Positions 25,385 through 38,440 of a DNA stretch of 64,000 nucleotides are shown piece by piece. Position 1 is the stretch's first letter. Every line of letters begins with the position of its first letter. Where the stretch lies: positions 21,702,001 through 21,766,000 of the forward strand of contig CM052832.1 in the NCBI GenBank assembly GCA_028534125.1. The letters are read 5' to 3'. Source of the DNA: Lama glama. Its lineage: Eukaryota. Under the pieces are notes generated by a model. The model was not told the origin of the DNA. It searched no databases and worked only from the letters and a program-made list of their open reading frames with translations. Position numbers and translations under genes: made by a program.

Positions 25385-25625
25385 ACTGGGAGTAACACAG
25401 TGGTCAAGCTCATCTGCTGTGGCGTCACCATCTCTTGTCTGTACAAACTGGGGCACGTTATTTAACCTCTTCGTGATCCAGTTTTCTCATTTGTAAAATA
25501 GGGAAATTACAGTACATAACTCATAGGATTCTTACAAGACCATGATTTTAAATATAATCAACTTAAAACAGTGTCTGGCATGTTAAGTCCTCACTGTATA
25601 CATATTAGCTACTATCATCACCATC
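25385..25625 (+). mobile_element. MIR SINE
   Basis: 'gggcacgttatttaacctct...cagttttctcatttgtaaaatagggaaattacagtac...ctcataggatt...cttaaaacagtgtctggcat...tattagctact'. Confidence 0.85.
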
Positions 25626-25789
25626 ATCTGAACGCTTTTAAAAGCAGACTTTCAGGCCCTGGCTAGTCCTAGAGACCTGTGATAAAGAGTTAACAAATCT
25701 ACATTTTGGACAAGCTTTCTAAGGCCATTCTTAGGCACACTAAATAAAGTCTGGGAATGGCTACTACAATGACACTGCTGTCTTCTGAT

Positions 25790-26700
25790 AATCAATGAGT
25801 TCCTAATTGCCACATCCACGATACCTTCTTAAATCTCATCCTCTCAACCTCTACAAGATGGATGGCACCTCTTCAGCTTTCTGCTCCAAAGTTTGATCCC
25901 CTGGCCATTATTTACCTTGAACGTTTAAAGAGAGCCTCAGATGAGAATTTGAAACAGACAGCTACATTTTGCTACAAAGAAAGACTTCGAACACCTCACT
26001 GAACCCAAGCCTAAAACTGCCTTTTCCTCTGAAACACGCTGCTGCTTTTTTGATTCCATTTCCTTTTCCCATCGTTCAGACTACAAATTTCAGTCCTTTG
26101 TGACTGTGGGTTTTTTATTTTCCCATCCTCCAATTTTTCAAAATCTGTACTTCAAAGCGCCCCTTCGTTCTAACTCATCCTTTCCAAACTCTCAATGCCA
26201 GGTTCAAGTCTCTCACCTGGAACATTTGAAGAGCCTTAATAACCTTATTCTTCTCCAATGTTTTGCCTTTTCTAATTATCCTTCATATTACAACCTGAAA
26301 TATTTCCCTAAAATACAGATTTTCTTTCCTGTGTTTGCTCTGATTAAAGTTTATTTCCTTCCAATAATTACCAAATAATGGTTAAGCTTCTTAGCTGTGG
26401 ACAAAAAGCTTCAACAACTGGGCCCCCACAGAATCTATCACACACCGCCATGTACCCAGCTATTCATACTGGGCCGTGTTCCTAACTAGAATATGCATGT
26501 CCATCTCTTTCAGTATTTGCTCATACTATTTCTCGAGCCTAGAACAGAAATGCCCTTGCCCACATTACCATCTATCAAATCCTACATGTCCTCTGAAACC
26601 CAGCTTAAAGGAATCTCTTAGATAATTCTGCATCATGCATCATTTTGAAAGCCAAAAATTATCTTTCTCTGTACTCTGATGATTCTTGCTCAATTATTTT
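25790..26700 (+). mobile_element. L2 fragments, highly diverged
   Basis: 'tcaatgagttcctaattgccacatcca...tctcatcctctcaacctct', 'tctctcacctggaac', 'caaatcctacatgtcctctgaaacccagcttaaa'. Confidence 0.6.
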
Positions 26701-27440
26701 CACTTAGTTCTGACTACAACTGTGATCAAAAAAGCGCATGTTAAAAGAGTGAGCTTTTCAGCGTAAAAAAAAAAGTACTGCTGCTCTAAAATATGCATTT
26801 TAAATTAAAATAGTTATAATAATACAAGTTGCTGAATGTTTTTAAAAAATGTGGTATATTTTTGTGGCTATCATCTTCTATAATTAAGGTACATAAAACA
26901 ATGCAACTACAATCTCTATGGAATATGCTTGGATCTTTCCTGTTGCTCTGTTTGGGCAAAAATAATTTCAAGATTTAATTTAGGTATCTACTCAAGCTCA
27001 GGCCACATCATTTGAGAACTCCAAGCCTACTGTGTTTCAAGCATTCTTTGCTCATAGGTAAAGGGACAGATACTGTGTTTGTAAAGTAACCAAATGGTTA
27101 CAGACCTGTGACGCAAACAGATTTTCATTAATTTCATAGAAAATTTGTATTCTAATTCAAATAAAATAGTAAGTGCATTTGGAAACATAATCAAGTCACA
27201 AGGAACTACTGAATATAAAACTGTGAAACAGCTAACCTTACAGGAGGGGATGGACAAAGGTAGCACTGAAGGGCCCACTGGTCAGAGGTCTTGGTCAAGG
27301 GCTAGTACAACACAAACCAGTTGGTCTGAATCATTTCTGGATTATTTTGTTGATGTTGGTAAGTGTGTGTACTAGCTTCTGTCGCTGTTTACATCTTTTC
27401 CTTCATTAAGAAAGCTGGTTGAAAGTTTCCTACACTCCAC

Positions 27441-27875
27441 CAGGGGTTCTTATCTTGGGTACAAAAACCCTGGAGTATGACAGACTTGAAGGGCAGAAGA
27501 ACACCCAAACTTGGATGAGGGGAAAAAAAAAATCACAACTTTGTTTTCACTAATCTTTTGTCAAAATTTTGCATTTGTATAATTACACAACAAGCTCTAA
27601 GTATTGGCAGTACCTGTGATTTTCTATCCATAAGAAATGATAGTTTCATGTCACATTACAGTTGTTCTAGGTATTCTGAAATATTCTGAGATATCACTAT
27701 TAGGAAGTTATTAAAACTATTAGACATAGCTCTATCTTGCTATTTAATGTACTGATAAAGAAACACATATCACAAAAGCATCCTCTTCATACATTGATAA
27801 TATTTCAACAAAATTTTTCCTTTAATCTTATGTCTTTTATTTTATGTATTTAAAAATACCATCAGGAGAAGGGAC
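27441..27875. mobile_element. hAT-Charlie MER-type non-autonomous DNA transposon
   Basis: Starts 'caggggttctta'; contains 'ggcagtacctgtga...agaaat...tcatgtcacattacagttgtt', 'tcttgctatttaatg...ataaagaaacacatat', 'ttttattttatgtatttaaaaa...gagaaggg'. Confidence 0.7.
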
Positions 27876-28084
27876 AGATGTGTAAGTGTGTCTCCTAACT
27901 GATTAGTACCCTTCAGTGGGCATTTCTAATCTATTAAGTACCTTGGAACTGTGTAGGTGTATGTCTACCCTGCCTGTGAAGAATATGCTAGGAAATAAAG
28001 GATGGTGACTTATTCTGTGAGGATAATCTAAATACTGGAGTGTAGGTTCTTAATCGCATTTGCTGGTAAAAAGAGCCATACGGC

Positions 28085-28305
28085 AGCAACCGCTACTGCG
28101 TGCCCATAGGGGCCCTCTGCCAGGAGCACGTCAGCACGAATTCTCACAATTTGTGCAAGGTAAAGGGTTATTATTTTCAGGTTATAGATGAGAAGGCTGA
28201 GGCTTGGAAAGGTTACACTACTAGCTCAAAGTCACATACCTGGCTAGGGTCCAAGCCAGGATTCAAACAGTTTGACCTCACTGCCCATGCTTTTGCTAAG
28301 CTCAC
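28085..28305 (-). mobile_element. MIR SINE
   Basis: 'ttatagatgagaaggctgaggcttggaaaggtta...caaagtcacatacctgg...agccaggattcaaac'. Confidence 0.85.
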
Positions 28306-29349
28306 AGCCTGGTAAACAGGTGACTTCGCTAACGTCTGCCGAATGTATGAGGGAAAAAACAATCCTGATTATTAAATGCTCTCAACACAAGCGAGTAAAC
28401 CTTAGGCGAGAAATAACATATTGCTAATATATTTTCTGTCCACTATTACACTACATATTAAGTGATAATCAAGTAACTTCCCAAGAGATAACTAAGAAGG
28501 AGTTTTCAACCTCTTCTTATTTGCTGCCTTAGATTAATTTATAATAAATAGAAAGGAGGGGGAAATGAGATACATTTTATTAATGTTTTAGGAGCCTTAT
28601 TCAAGGTAAACATGAAAAAAATTAGCTGGGTAATTTAAAGCAGTAAATTGCTTATAATTCTCTCCTTTCCCGAAGCCAGAAGTATCTGGATACCAACTTG
28701 AGATCCACTGAAGGGACGTTCAGATGGCAGCACGTTCGTTGATGGGAAAGCTCTCCCCACCTCTGCGGCCACACTGACAAATACTGACCGCTGGGGCATC
28801 ACTGCAAGCATTCGTGTAGTATGTTTTTCTCTCATTTTCCATTTCATGAAAATTCATGGAAATGAAATGACAAAATGCATGGGGATTCACTTGGTGGAAA
28901 ATTTTATTTATTGAAAGCTCTTAAAGAATCACTCAGATCATTCAAATATTTTATTTGCATTTATTAAAGAGATTGTGAAACAGCTAACTAATGTCAGTTA
29001 AATGCAACTACAGACTCCAGAAGATTGTCCAAATTATTCTGATAAACTGATCTCTCATATAAGACATATGGCATAAAAAAGTCAGCCACCAGATGCTACT
29101 TTATTGTTACTTTCTGTGTTATATGAATGTATACTATAGATTTCACTAAAAATTTGCATGATATTAATATTCTTATTAATAAAGAGAGCAGTCATATGTG
29201 AACTACCTATAAACATGCTAGGTGCATTAAACATATTATTCTTAATATAATGTGAAATGATGTGAAAATATAAAAATTATTTTATAAAAATTAATTTAGC
29301 AAGTTTAAAGCATTTAACTTTCCTACAAAATATGCAACCTTAAATATCA

Positions 29350-29436
29350 ATTTTTATTCATTTCTTAAAAAACCATTTTAACCATTTTCAAGTGTACAGC
29401 TCAGTGGCATTAAGTATATTCACAGTGTTGTGCAAA
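29350..29436 (-). mobile_element. L1MB-like extreme 3' end fragment
   Basis: 'ccattttaaccattttcaagtgtacagctcagtggcattaagtatattcacagtgttgtgcaa'. Confidence 0.8.
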
Positions 29437-32400
29437 TAATTTATTCTTAAGCTTGACTGGAAAATACATTTTTGTTATATTTGAGGCAAAATTACATCAG
29501 CTTGCAGAAATAAAAGAATTCTTTAAAAAATTACCAAAGAAAATGTACTTTTATAACTTTTAATAAATAAATTTTATGTATAAAATATTTGAGAACAATG
29601 TGCATTTAGCCAATTTGCACAGCTATTCTATTTTACTTTTTAAAAAAACTACAAAAGTGTTGAATCATTTAGAATTAAATGGTCATGTGGATGTTACTGA
29701 AGAGTTAGCCTTACTTAAAATTGAAAATCAACTCGATGATTTACTGTATTTCACATAGCTGAGACTGTGAATTACATCATATCAATACCACCGCTGAAAG
29801 CAACTCCCAGCTAAAATGAGATGAGATACTGAACAGATGAAGTGCTGTTCAAAGTCAATGTAGCCCAGACTTAGGGGACAGAAGAATTAATGAGAAAATG
29901 AGAATCTACCAGATGGTGCTGCAGGATTCCTCGCTGCACATCCGCCACCTCAAGCAGCTTCTATACATGCAAAGCCCCAGGGCCCCACCTGGTAGCAGCA
30001 TAATTACCCTAAATGTGCACTTATGTTTCATTACACCTTGGCCATTACTATGTGTGCTGATTACAAGTATCAATCCCTTTCATTTTCATACACCTCTGCA
30101 GTTCCATAGCATTCAACTGTGAAAACTCAGCACTCCGCTTATTTCTAACATGCGGCCCATGCTGATAAAACTGCAGAGGGTAAATTATTTGTCACTCTAC
30201 AGGGTGCCAATTCAGTTTGATAAGGATGACATCATCCCCATTTTACCAATAACAATGGCACTAACAAGAACGTGTAATCAACAAACCTCAGTCCTCCACT
30301 AGCCCTGGCAGGTGCAACTCTTTTTATGCTAAAAATAAGCCAACATTAGCTTCCAGCTCAAAACTATTTCTTTTATCACAATGCTAAGCAGAAGTTGGCT
30401 TCCATAAGGCACCGCAGCTGCTGCTGCCGCCGCCGCTTTTGCAGATGCCTGCATTAATTGTATCAAGGACATACTGAAATAAGTGCTTATTCAGCACAAT
30501 GGCTACTGGGGAGCAGCTGGAGGCGCAAGACAAACTGTCTTGAAGAGAATGTACCAACCCAGTGTGTAAATTACAATGATGAAGTACAAAGAGAGTCTAA
30601 GTTTAAGGGTCTAATGTAACTGCAGAACAGCATGAAAATTTAGTGTTATCCATGGAGTTTGAACCAAAGTATTTTCTAAGTAAGGAACAGACCCTTTCAG
30701 ATTTCACTAAAACCACTTTTAGAATGGGGGTGATATTTAGTACCTCTTCAACACAGCAGAAATAGGAAGGTTATCATTAAAAATATCAAATGTTGATACA
30801 GCTCCTCATATGTATAAATCATAATAAAATTCCCCTCGTATGTGTGCATGTATATGCAGTGTGTATATTTCAAAGAATGAAACAGCAATACAATAATGAC
30901 ATTGCTCATTACACAGAAGCAACATGTGGCTCAAAACAAAGGACGAATTTGTGTGGCTTTCTTCCTCGTCCCGTTTCATGCCCCCTTTATACGTCAGTTT
31001 TATAGTCATTTCTCTTCCATTTTCTAACCCTTACATTAGGAGGCAAAAATGAATTAACAGTGACTCAAGACTACTCCAGGATATAGGTTATTTGGAATGT
31101 TCCATCATGCCAGTTTGGGTGGGGATAGGGGAAATGGGTCCATAAAGGTCCTGCTGAAACAAAGGGTATCCCTGGAGAGCAGTGAAATATGAAGTGAGAT
31201 AATCAGACTAGGGCCAGATAGTGATGTCCAGTGACGCTCTGTCAGCCTTCCCCACGGTCTCCCCAAGTAACACATCCCCTGTCTTGAAGGGACTAAAGAC
31301 GGCCATACTCCTGCACTGGTTCTGAAACCTTGATTTGAAGACATATAGTGGGCCTAATAATATGTCAATATACCTGACCTAACTGACTTCTAGTTGAGAT
31401 CATACCAAACTGCTTTACATCTGCACCACAGACATTGCTCTCATGCAGGGGACATCTCAACCGTGAACATGTTTTTTGAACTTTCACAAAATGATCCACA
31501 CTTCTGGTAAAGAATTACACTTCTACAAATGAGAAATGACCTCAAATCAAACTGGCAGGTACAGTTTGCTTTAATTTTATCTAAATACAAAACAGGTATT
31601 TTATGTGAAGAGACCAGGATGGATTCGAAGAAACGCTGTCAAGCACAGGTAGACACTAGCAACTGTACTTGCCACCGGCCCTGAGAACCAACACCTCACT
31701 GCTTCAGTAATAATTTCCGTTTTTATGTAGCATTTCCTAGCACAATTGCCATGATGCTAAAATGTTATTACGGTCATATTCAAACCATTATATCATCTGC
31801 AATCCCATAAAATAACAATTAACAGTATGTCTTCATTCAAATGCTGTATAGCTGAATTGTAAAGTTTCTAATCAATTTAGTCACAATAGATACAACTCAA
31901 ATGATTCCATTCAGTTACCCATAACCTTACAATCTACAAAATAATATCCATATGACTATTGGAGGAGTCAGGAAAGGTGCATTTTTAAAAGAATAAGAAT
32001 AAAATTCTGGCATATACCACAAAGCAAGACAGCCATGCCCCGAAGAGTCTTAATAGTTTTTTTTTCTGAAACTGTTTTTTTTCATTTGAGTGTATTTGAT
32101 ATTTGACAGATATATTAGCTCTCCAGCATCATTTATCATGTTTATTTTTAATAGGGTTCCCTTAGAACAGCTGCCTAAGATGCTAATCTTTTCTTTTTTT
32201 CTTGGGCCTTTTGTAAATATTTGAAATAGCTATTCATTAACAGTTGCACATTTATTCAGTCCTGTTGTATGGCTTGTGAACTGGAATTCGCTTTTATTTC
32301 ATTTTTTTCTATCTGCTGGCCAGACTAGAGAAACCCTGCTGTTTGGGTTCAATCTGTCAAGGTTCAAATTATCCTCCAACTGAGAGCTAATCAAGGGCGT

Positions 32401-34640
32401 CTGACCTGGTTTGCAAATAAACTAGGAACAAAAGTGGGTTTATTTTTTCTTTCTTTGGAGCACTGGTTCTCAAAGAGTAAAGCCAAACAAGAGTGGGTCA
32501 CAAATGCAATTGCCTAAAATTAAAAACAGACACAACTAGCAACTGAAGATGAACTGGATTTACCTGGCATTTCTGAAGTGCCCAGTTTTCAAGCTATAAA
32601 TCTATTTTTTAATAGGAATTGGCTTCCAAATACATTTCAAATTAAAATTCACAGTTCATTTAAAGCAAGTCCATGGCATGAGCAGAACACAGATTTTAGG
32701 CAATCAAACTAGTCTGATGGGTACACTGGCAACTTTAAGTATCTTCATGGATCCAAAGCCTTGAGTTAATAGTTACATATAGTACAGCTAATCTTTCTGT
32801 ATCATTAACATCACTCCTATATTCATTTTATGCACATTTCTAAAATATGAAACACAGCTTTCTTCTCTTTTAAATATTTTAAATCTCCAAACTGAAAAGA
32901 ATAGGTATTTTTGCAAATTAAGCACAGTTAGTTATTAAGAAGGTACATTAAAGTAGTTTAATGAACTACTTAATGAATGTACTTAAATGTTACTAACACA
33001 TATATTAAAACACTTTCTCCTAGTATATTAAGGTTCCTAGAGCCTAAAATTACTGCTTGGGTCTGATTTTCAGGCTTCTGTTGTTTTTACAGGTATCTAA
33101 TCTTTTGAAACAGGGATGGACAATGCAACTGAAATCCTGTGAAATGTGTCAGTGCCACCATTCAAGAACATTATGGTTGCAGTTCCACTAAGGGCTTCTC
33201 TCAAAATGATCCCAACTGATGAAATGACACTAATTATCATAATAAACTAAACTGCACTATAGCAACCAATGCATTTGTAATATCAAGTATTTGCATACAA
33301 CACTGTCCCTGAGAGGCAGCATGTTACAGTGCAAAGTACACTGGCCTATCAGTCAAGAAATCTCTATTTCAATACTCTTCCTCAGACCTGCAGGGTGACC
33401 TCTCTGTGCTTCACTGAAAGAGGGACAACAAGCACCAGCAGCTATAATTCACTGAAGGAATGGAAAGGTGAAGTGAAAAGCTAGATGTACAAGTACAAAG
33501 AACATTATACGATACCCACTTCCCAGGAAATTTTATTAATACAAGGGCCACAAAACGGCACAATGGCTGAATTATACTTACAATCATACCTGTGCTGATC
33601 ACAAAAAATCACGGTCACGAGTAAGAATGAAAATAAAACAAGGAAAAAAAATCAGTGATGTGCAAAGGTTCTATTTTACGTTTTTTGGTGACAGAATATA
33701 ATACTATGCAGCATACATAATAAATTTTTCTTTACTTAGGGATGGCAATCTGGCTTCCTGGAGTCCATGTTTTAGAATAATTAGCAATATGGTAGCTAAA
33801 TACATGATTAAATGTCAAGAGTTAGCTGATACCCAATTTGAGAAATATCTTCTCTTACCTAAAATACATTGGTCCAAGTTTCCATTTAGTTTTCCTTTTA
33901 TATAAATTATTCTGAACAAACCAGCCACTTTTAAGTAGCAGTTTATATTTTATTAAGTTCTATATTAGTGAGGAAAAAAATATATTTATTTCATAACCTG
34001 CTATCAAGCCATAAATTACAAACTGCTTCTACTAAATATTCCAGGATTCACTACAGAAAATGTAAAATATAAACAGCATTTCACTAAAACAAATCCTCCA
34101 CTTAACAGGTACTTGACAAATGTTTGTTAAATAAATAATAGTAATAACAATTAAGATTAAATCTCACACTAACTTTGGCTAATGTGCTAAAAAAAAATCC
34201 CTCAACCATTCTCCTGTATTTACTCAAAGTAAGCTATCTTAAATATCATCATTTAAAATCAAGAACTATTCAACAAAACGCAAAATGTTAGTCAAGAGCA
34301 AAAACACTTAGATTTTCAAAATTCATAGGAAGAGGTATATTTTCATGTCATCACAGTATTTATGAATTTACAAAAAGCACTTTCTATTTGAAAATTTAGT
34401 TGCAGAAATAATATTGCTGGAAACATTCAAATGATGGGCTAACACAGTTAGAGAAATTATTTTTTAAATCTTTATTCAATTATTCTCCACTTAACATAGT
34501 GCCAAGTTTCTCCTACTGCCCCCTTCTTTTTTTACTAAAACTAATTACACAGTGAATTATATCTCTAAGTCAGTAAAACTGTAAATGAAGGCCAGACCAT
34601 TGCATATAAATTATTTTGTCTAAAAAATAAGGCACAAAAG

Positions 34641-34738
34641 AATATGAAAATGAATATATACGTATATGAACAACTGAAACATTATGCTATAGACCAAAAT
34701 CTGACACATTATAAACTGGCTATACTTCAAAATAAATA
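34641..34738 (+). mobile_element. Very short young L1 3' end (camelid-type) with TSD
   Basis: 'aatatgaaaatgaatatatacgtatatg..caactgaaacattatgcta...gacacattataaactggctatacttca' plus A-rich tail, flanked by the imperfect direct repeat aataa(g/t)gcaca(a/g)aag. Confidence 0.85.
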
Positions 34739-35489
34739 AATAATGCACAGAAGTCACCAGAGTGAACAAACACAGATATAAAAACAGAAACAAATTCACT
34801 TGTATACAATACACAGCAACCCAATTTTTCAATGAAAACAGGTATTATCTTTTTAATTCCAGTTTTCTTCAACATTTCCTATGTACAGCATTCATTTTGT
34901 TTCAAATATTATCTAATTTGGCATTATTCGCTTATATGATCTAGTATGGGTGTACATTAATATTCACAAAAAGAAACAGTCTGAACTGTGCCCAATTCAC
35001 ATTATCCTCCCTAAATTACCTCACATCTGTGAACAATCCATCTTTCTCTCATTACCAATCAAGGACATTGGCTGACTATTCCTTCAAACTCCAGGATCCA
35101 CAGCCAGATATGTAGAAGGTTTATTCTGAGAACATTCACTACTTTTGGTTAGAAAGGTAAAAGATGAACTTTCCAGTCTGCTGTTATGAGAATCGTAAGG
35201 GCATGCATCAGAAGACTTTTTTTGAAAAAAAAAAAAAAAAAAGGCTTTTACTGAAGATTAATTGTGACATCAAGATAAGTAAGACCCAAGGAGTCCTTAT
35301 CACAGAGATGGTCCAGAGGAGGATATTAATATTTTAAAAAGTCACCTTAATTATACCTGGTAAGCACTATTACAGATGTACGAAGGAAAGATTCTGTGTG
35401 ACTGAAGAACAAATTCTGAATGGTGAGGGATGAAGACTGAAGGGGAGACTTAAGAGCAGAATATGAAGTGTCATTACTATCATGTCATC

Positions 35490-35655
35490 CTACCGGCTCT
35501 TTCCATTCAGTGTGAGCCAAGGACAAGCAGTGTCAGCATGACTTGGGAGCCTAAGATGCAAATTCTCAGGCCCTACCCAAGACGCACAAGAAACAAATTT
35601 GCATGCTAACAAAATCTCCAGGTGATCCGTCTGCCCTTTAAAGTATGAGGACCAC
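35490..35655. mobile_element. MER5A/MER5A1
   Basis: 'gacaagcagtgtcagcatgacttgggagc...atgcaaattctcaggccctaccc...aatttgcatgctaacaaaatctccaggtgat...aaagtatgaggaccac'. Confidence 0.8.
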
Positions 35656-35829
35656 ATATACAGGCCAGTGTTCTTCCTTACAAGCAGCCCACACATGAGC
35701 ATAGGAAAGCATGAGGGTATAGGCACTAATACACACAGAATAGACTTAGAAAGAAAAGTAAAATGGCAACAGCATTTTGTCTCTTCTGTTCCCCTTCCTC
35801 CTCCTTGCCCTCTTATTAGATCATTAAGA

Positions 35830-36050
35830 ACAGTAACAAGCTACTTTATTTAGTAGTCACAAAGTATCACAGATTTAGCATTACATTATCTTGTTTAATA
35901 TTCATACTGATTATCTAATGAGTATGCTTTACTCCTATTTTTCAGAAGAGAAAACTGAGCCTGAGAGGAAAAACAGCATTCTTAAGGCCACAGAGCTAAC
36001 AAACTAGGGGAACAGAAGTTAACCCTTTCTGTTCTTATCCACAGTGCCAT
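35830..36050 (-). mobile_element. MIR SINE
   Basis: 'tacattatcttgtttaat...cctatttttcagaagagaaaactgagcctgagagg...aaggccacagagcta'. Confidence 0.8.
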
Positions 36051-36134
36051 GGTACTAAGGCTTATCTGAATCACTGCTCTTATCACTCAGTGACAATGGC
36101 TTACTTAGTAAATTGCAGATGATAAGTTACAAAA

Positions 36135-36620
36135 CTAGTCATTCTCAAACTTGTAGGGCTTTTAAATAAACACTCCCAGCCTCACAGAATCAGAATCTTT
36201 TGAGGTGGGGCCTAGGAATCTGTATTTTAAAACTCCCCCAAAATAATCTGACAAAAGTCCTGGCTGGGAAGAATGGAGCTGGTCCTCACACTGCTTCTCT
36301 TACATGGGAAAAATAAGTCCAGATTTTTACTTTATTTCTTCACATGAATGGTACATTTTGTCTCCACCTCCATTCAGTATTTTGATCAAATGACTCAGCG
36401 TATTTAATCAAGCAGGTTCTCAAGACAAGTTTCTAGAAATGATCCTCATGACACCTGTAGTATCTGGGCGGCTTGGAGCGACTCATTAGAAACTGCAAAT
36501 TCCTGGACCTGCTGCAGATCTACTGAGTAGGGAATCTGGCCAGATATTTGCATTTTCAACACATACCCTGAAGTCCAGAGGTTATTCTCAGAGACAGTGA
36601 AGTTTAACAACCACTTCCAC
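36135..36620. mobile_element. Two MER5-like fragments (about 36135-36270 and 36410-36620)
   Basis: 'agaatcagaatcttttgaggtggggcctaggaatctgtatttt' and 'ttagaaactgcaaattcctggacc...tctactgagt...ttgcattttcaaca...aagtttaacaaccact'. Confidence 0.6.
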
Positions 36621-37050
36621 AGACAGTTACTATCTCACCATCATTCACAGTCCTTAACTAAAATTCAACGCATCAGAAAGATTTTTATGGCAGGTAGGAT
36701 CATTTACTCATTCTTTCCCTTATTCATTCAATTCATTCTTTCATCAGATGTTTCTCATTCTTCCCCAATCGTATTTTCACTGGTTAAATCCTTACACCCA
36801 GGATCTCTCCCTTCTTCTGTTGACAGTTCCAGAAATAAACTAAAGGGCATGGTTTTTAAAATCAGCAATCTAAATCAAACTTTTCTTTCCTATATTACAA
36901 ATAACAAGAAATATGTTGGAACTCACCAAGAGAAATAAAACACATAACTGAGAGCAACAAATAAAAAGAAATACAGAAATTTATAACCTCTGCTGAGCAG
37001 CCAAGGTCCCACTAACATTTTTTTCACGCAGAAAATTGTGCTCACCGTAC

Positions 37051-37124
37051 CTGACATTGTGCAAGTATGTTTACTGCGATTTAATATCCACACAAGCAGG
37101 AGAAGAAATTTAATAATTTTTCAG
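37051..37124 (-). other. Candidate 74-nt exon ending in ATG TCA G (possible first coding exon or poison exon)
   Basis: CTAAC branch motif about 23 nt upstream of a ttcattccag acceptor; donor CAG|gtacgg with a second donor G|gtgagc 5 nt further. Motif evidence only. Confidence 0.4.
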
Positions 37125-38189
37125 CTGGAATGAATTGACAGCCAGTGTTAGAAAACTGCAGATTCTGCAGAATCAATAAAAGCTGCTGGCATCACAAAGT
37201 AGTACTTTTGCCCAGAAAACATCTCACAAAGGTCAGGTTTACAAACCACCAGGTAGCAGTATCGCTTTCACATCTTTCCAGGGCTATTAAAATTCCATTA
37301 AACAACCTTCCAAAACTAACTTGCAGCCTGTAAAGTCCACCAAAATGATCCCAGAGACAGATCAGCCTCAGTTCAAACTCCAAAAGTAAACCCTTGGTTA
37401 ACTTTTGTCCCCTGTCACCAAAAATTGTTTGCAGAATTCTGTTTAGTGAAAGAAAAAATACCAAAGCAAATATTTATTTGTAACTAGAAACATGGACCTA
37501 CATGGATATATTCATTTGGTAAAATGACAGATACCCGTTAACTATCAAGAAATGATTCCTCAAAGTAAATGATTTCTCTGCTGCAAATCTTGGAAAGCCA
37601 CCACCACCACCAAATATCTGGTGTCATAAAATCAAGCCTGTGTTGTAAGACACAGTGCTCAACTATGCCTGAAAGGCAGCTAAACTAAGCAGCATCTCTT
37701 GCCCACTTCAGAAATATAGCTTTTCCAGGCTGTATTTTCATTATAGGTTCCAAGTCACATACGGCGTTTCATCGAGCGTAATCAATTCAGGATTAGCCAC
37801 TCGTTCGATATTTAGTGAGCACCTACTAAGCCCATATATGCACTGCCACACACGCCTGACCTGACGCCCCTTTGGCTCAGTCCTCCAGTGACCTGACACG
37901 CAGATGGAAGGGCAGGGGCACATGCTGCTGAGGTTGAAAAGTCGGCCTCTGAGCAGATGCTCGGCAAGAGTCTTCATTAAGTGCTTCCGGTTTCCTCCAA
38001 GGGCATACACTTCATTATTTGCTTATTTCATCTCAAAAGCAGATGGATTTGCACTCAATCAAAACAGAATATGGGCACCTTAGGACCTTGAGAGAGATCA
38101 AAAAACTCTTCTGCCTACTCAAACCAAATGTCTGGCTGAAAGAATGGGGTTTCTAGTGGGAAATGGGCAGGCTCTTTCTTCCTCTCCAT

Positions 38190-38440
38190 CAGTGGTCTCC
38201 ACATTTTAGAAAATCACTTTCCTGAATCAGTGAAAAAAAATTTTTAAATGCACCCCCACAGATAGATGCTAATTTATTATATTCAGGTACTGCTGTACTA
38301 GCACATTATATACAATATGAAACATACACCAAAAAAATTTTAAAGGAAGAGGCAATACAAAGAAACACCAATTCTAGTATCTTCTCCCTGCACTCTGATG
38401 GGTTGTCTCACAAAATGACCTGGGCTGCACAAACCCCGCC
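38190..38440. mobile_element. hAT-Charlie MER-type element
   Basis: Starts 'cagtggtctcca'; contains 'atcagtgaaaaaaaatttt...atgcacccc...tactgctgtacta..acattat...aaacatacac'. Confidence 0.6.

Noticed and set aside
28830..28870. Short imperfect inverted repeat (catttcatgaa...ttcatggaaatg)
   Set aside because: Too short and AT-rich for a miRNA hairpin; expected by chance.
33850..33880. tattttag|gtaagag recursive-site-like junction at 33859/33858
   Set aside because: The pyrimidine tract is only a few bases, so it is indistinguishable from background.
37051..37057. Idea that ATG TCA G is the SRPK2 'MSVNSEK' N-terminus
   Set aside because: I could not find a downstream minus-strand segment encoding VNSEKSSSSER in the remaining 37 kb, so no gene symbol is assigned.
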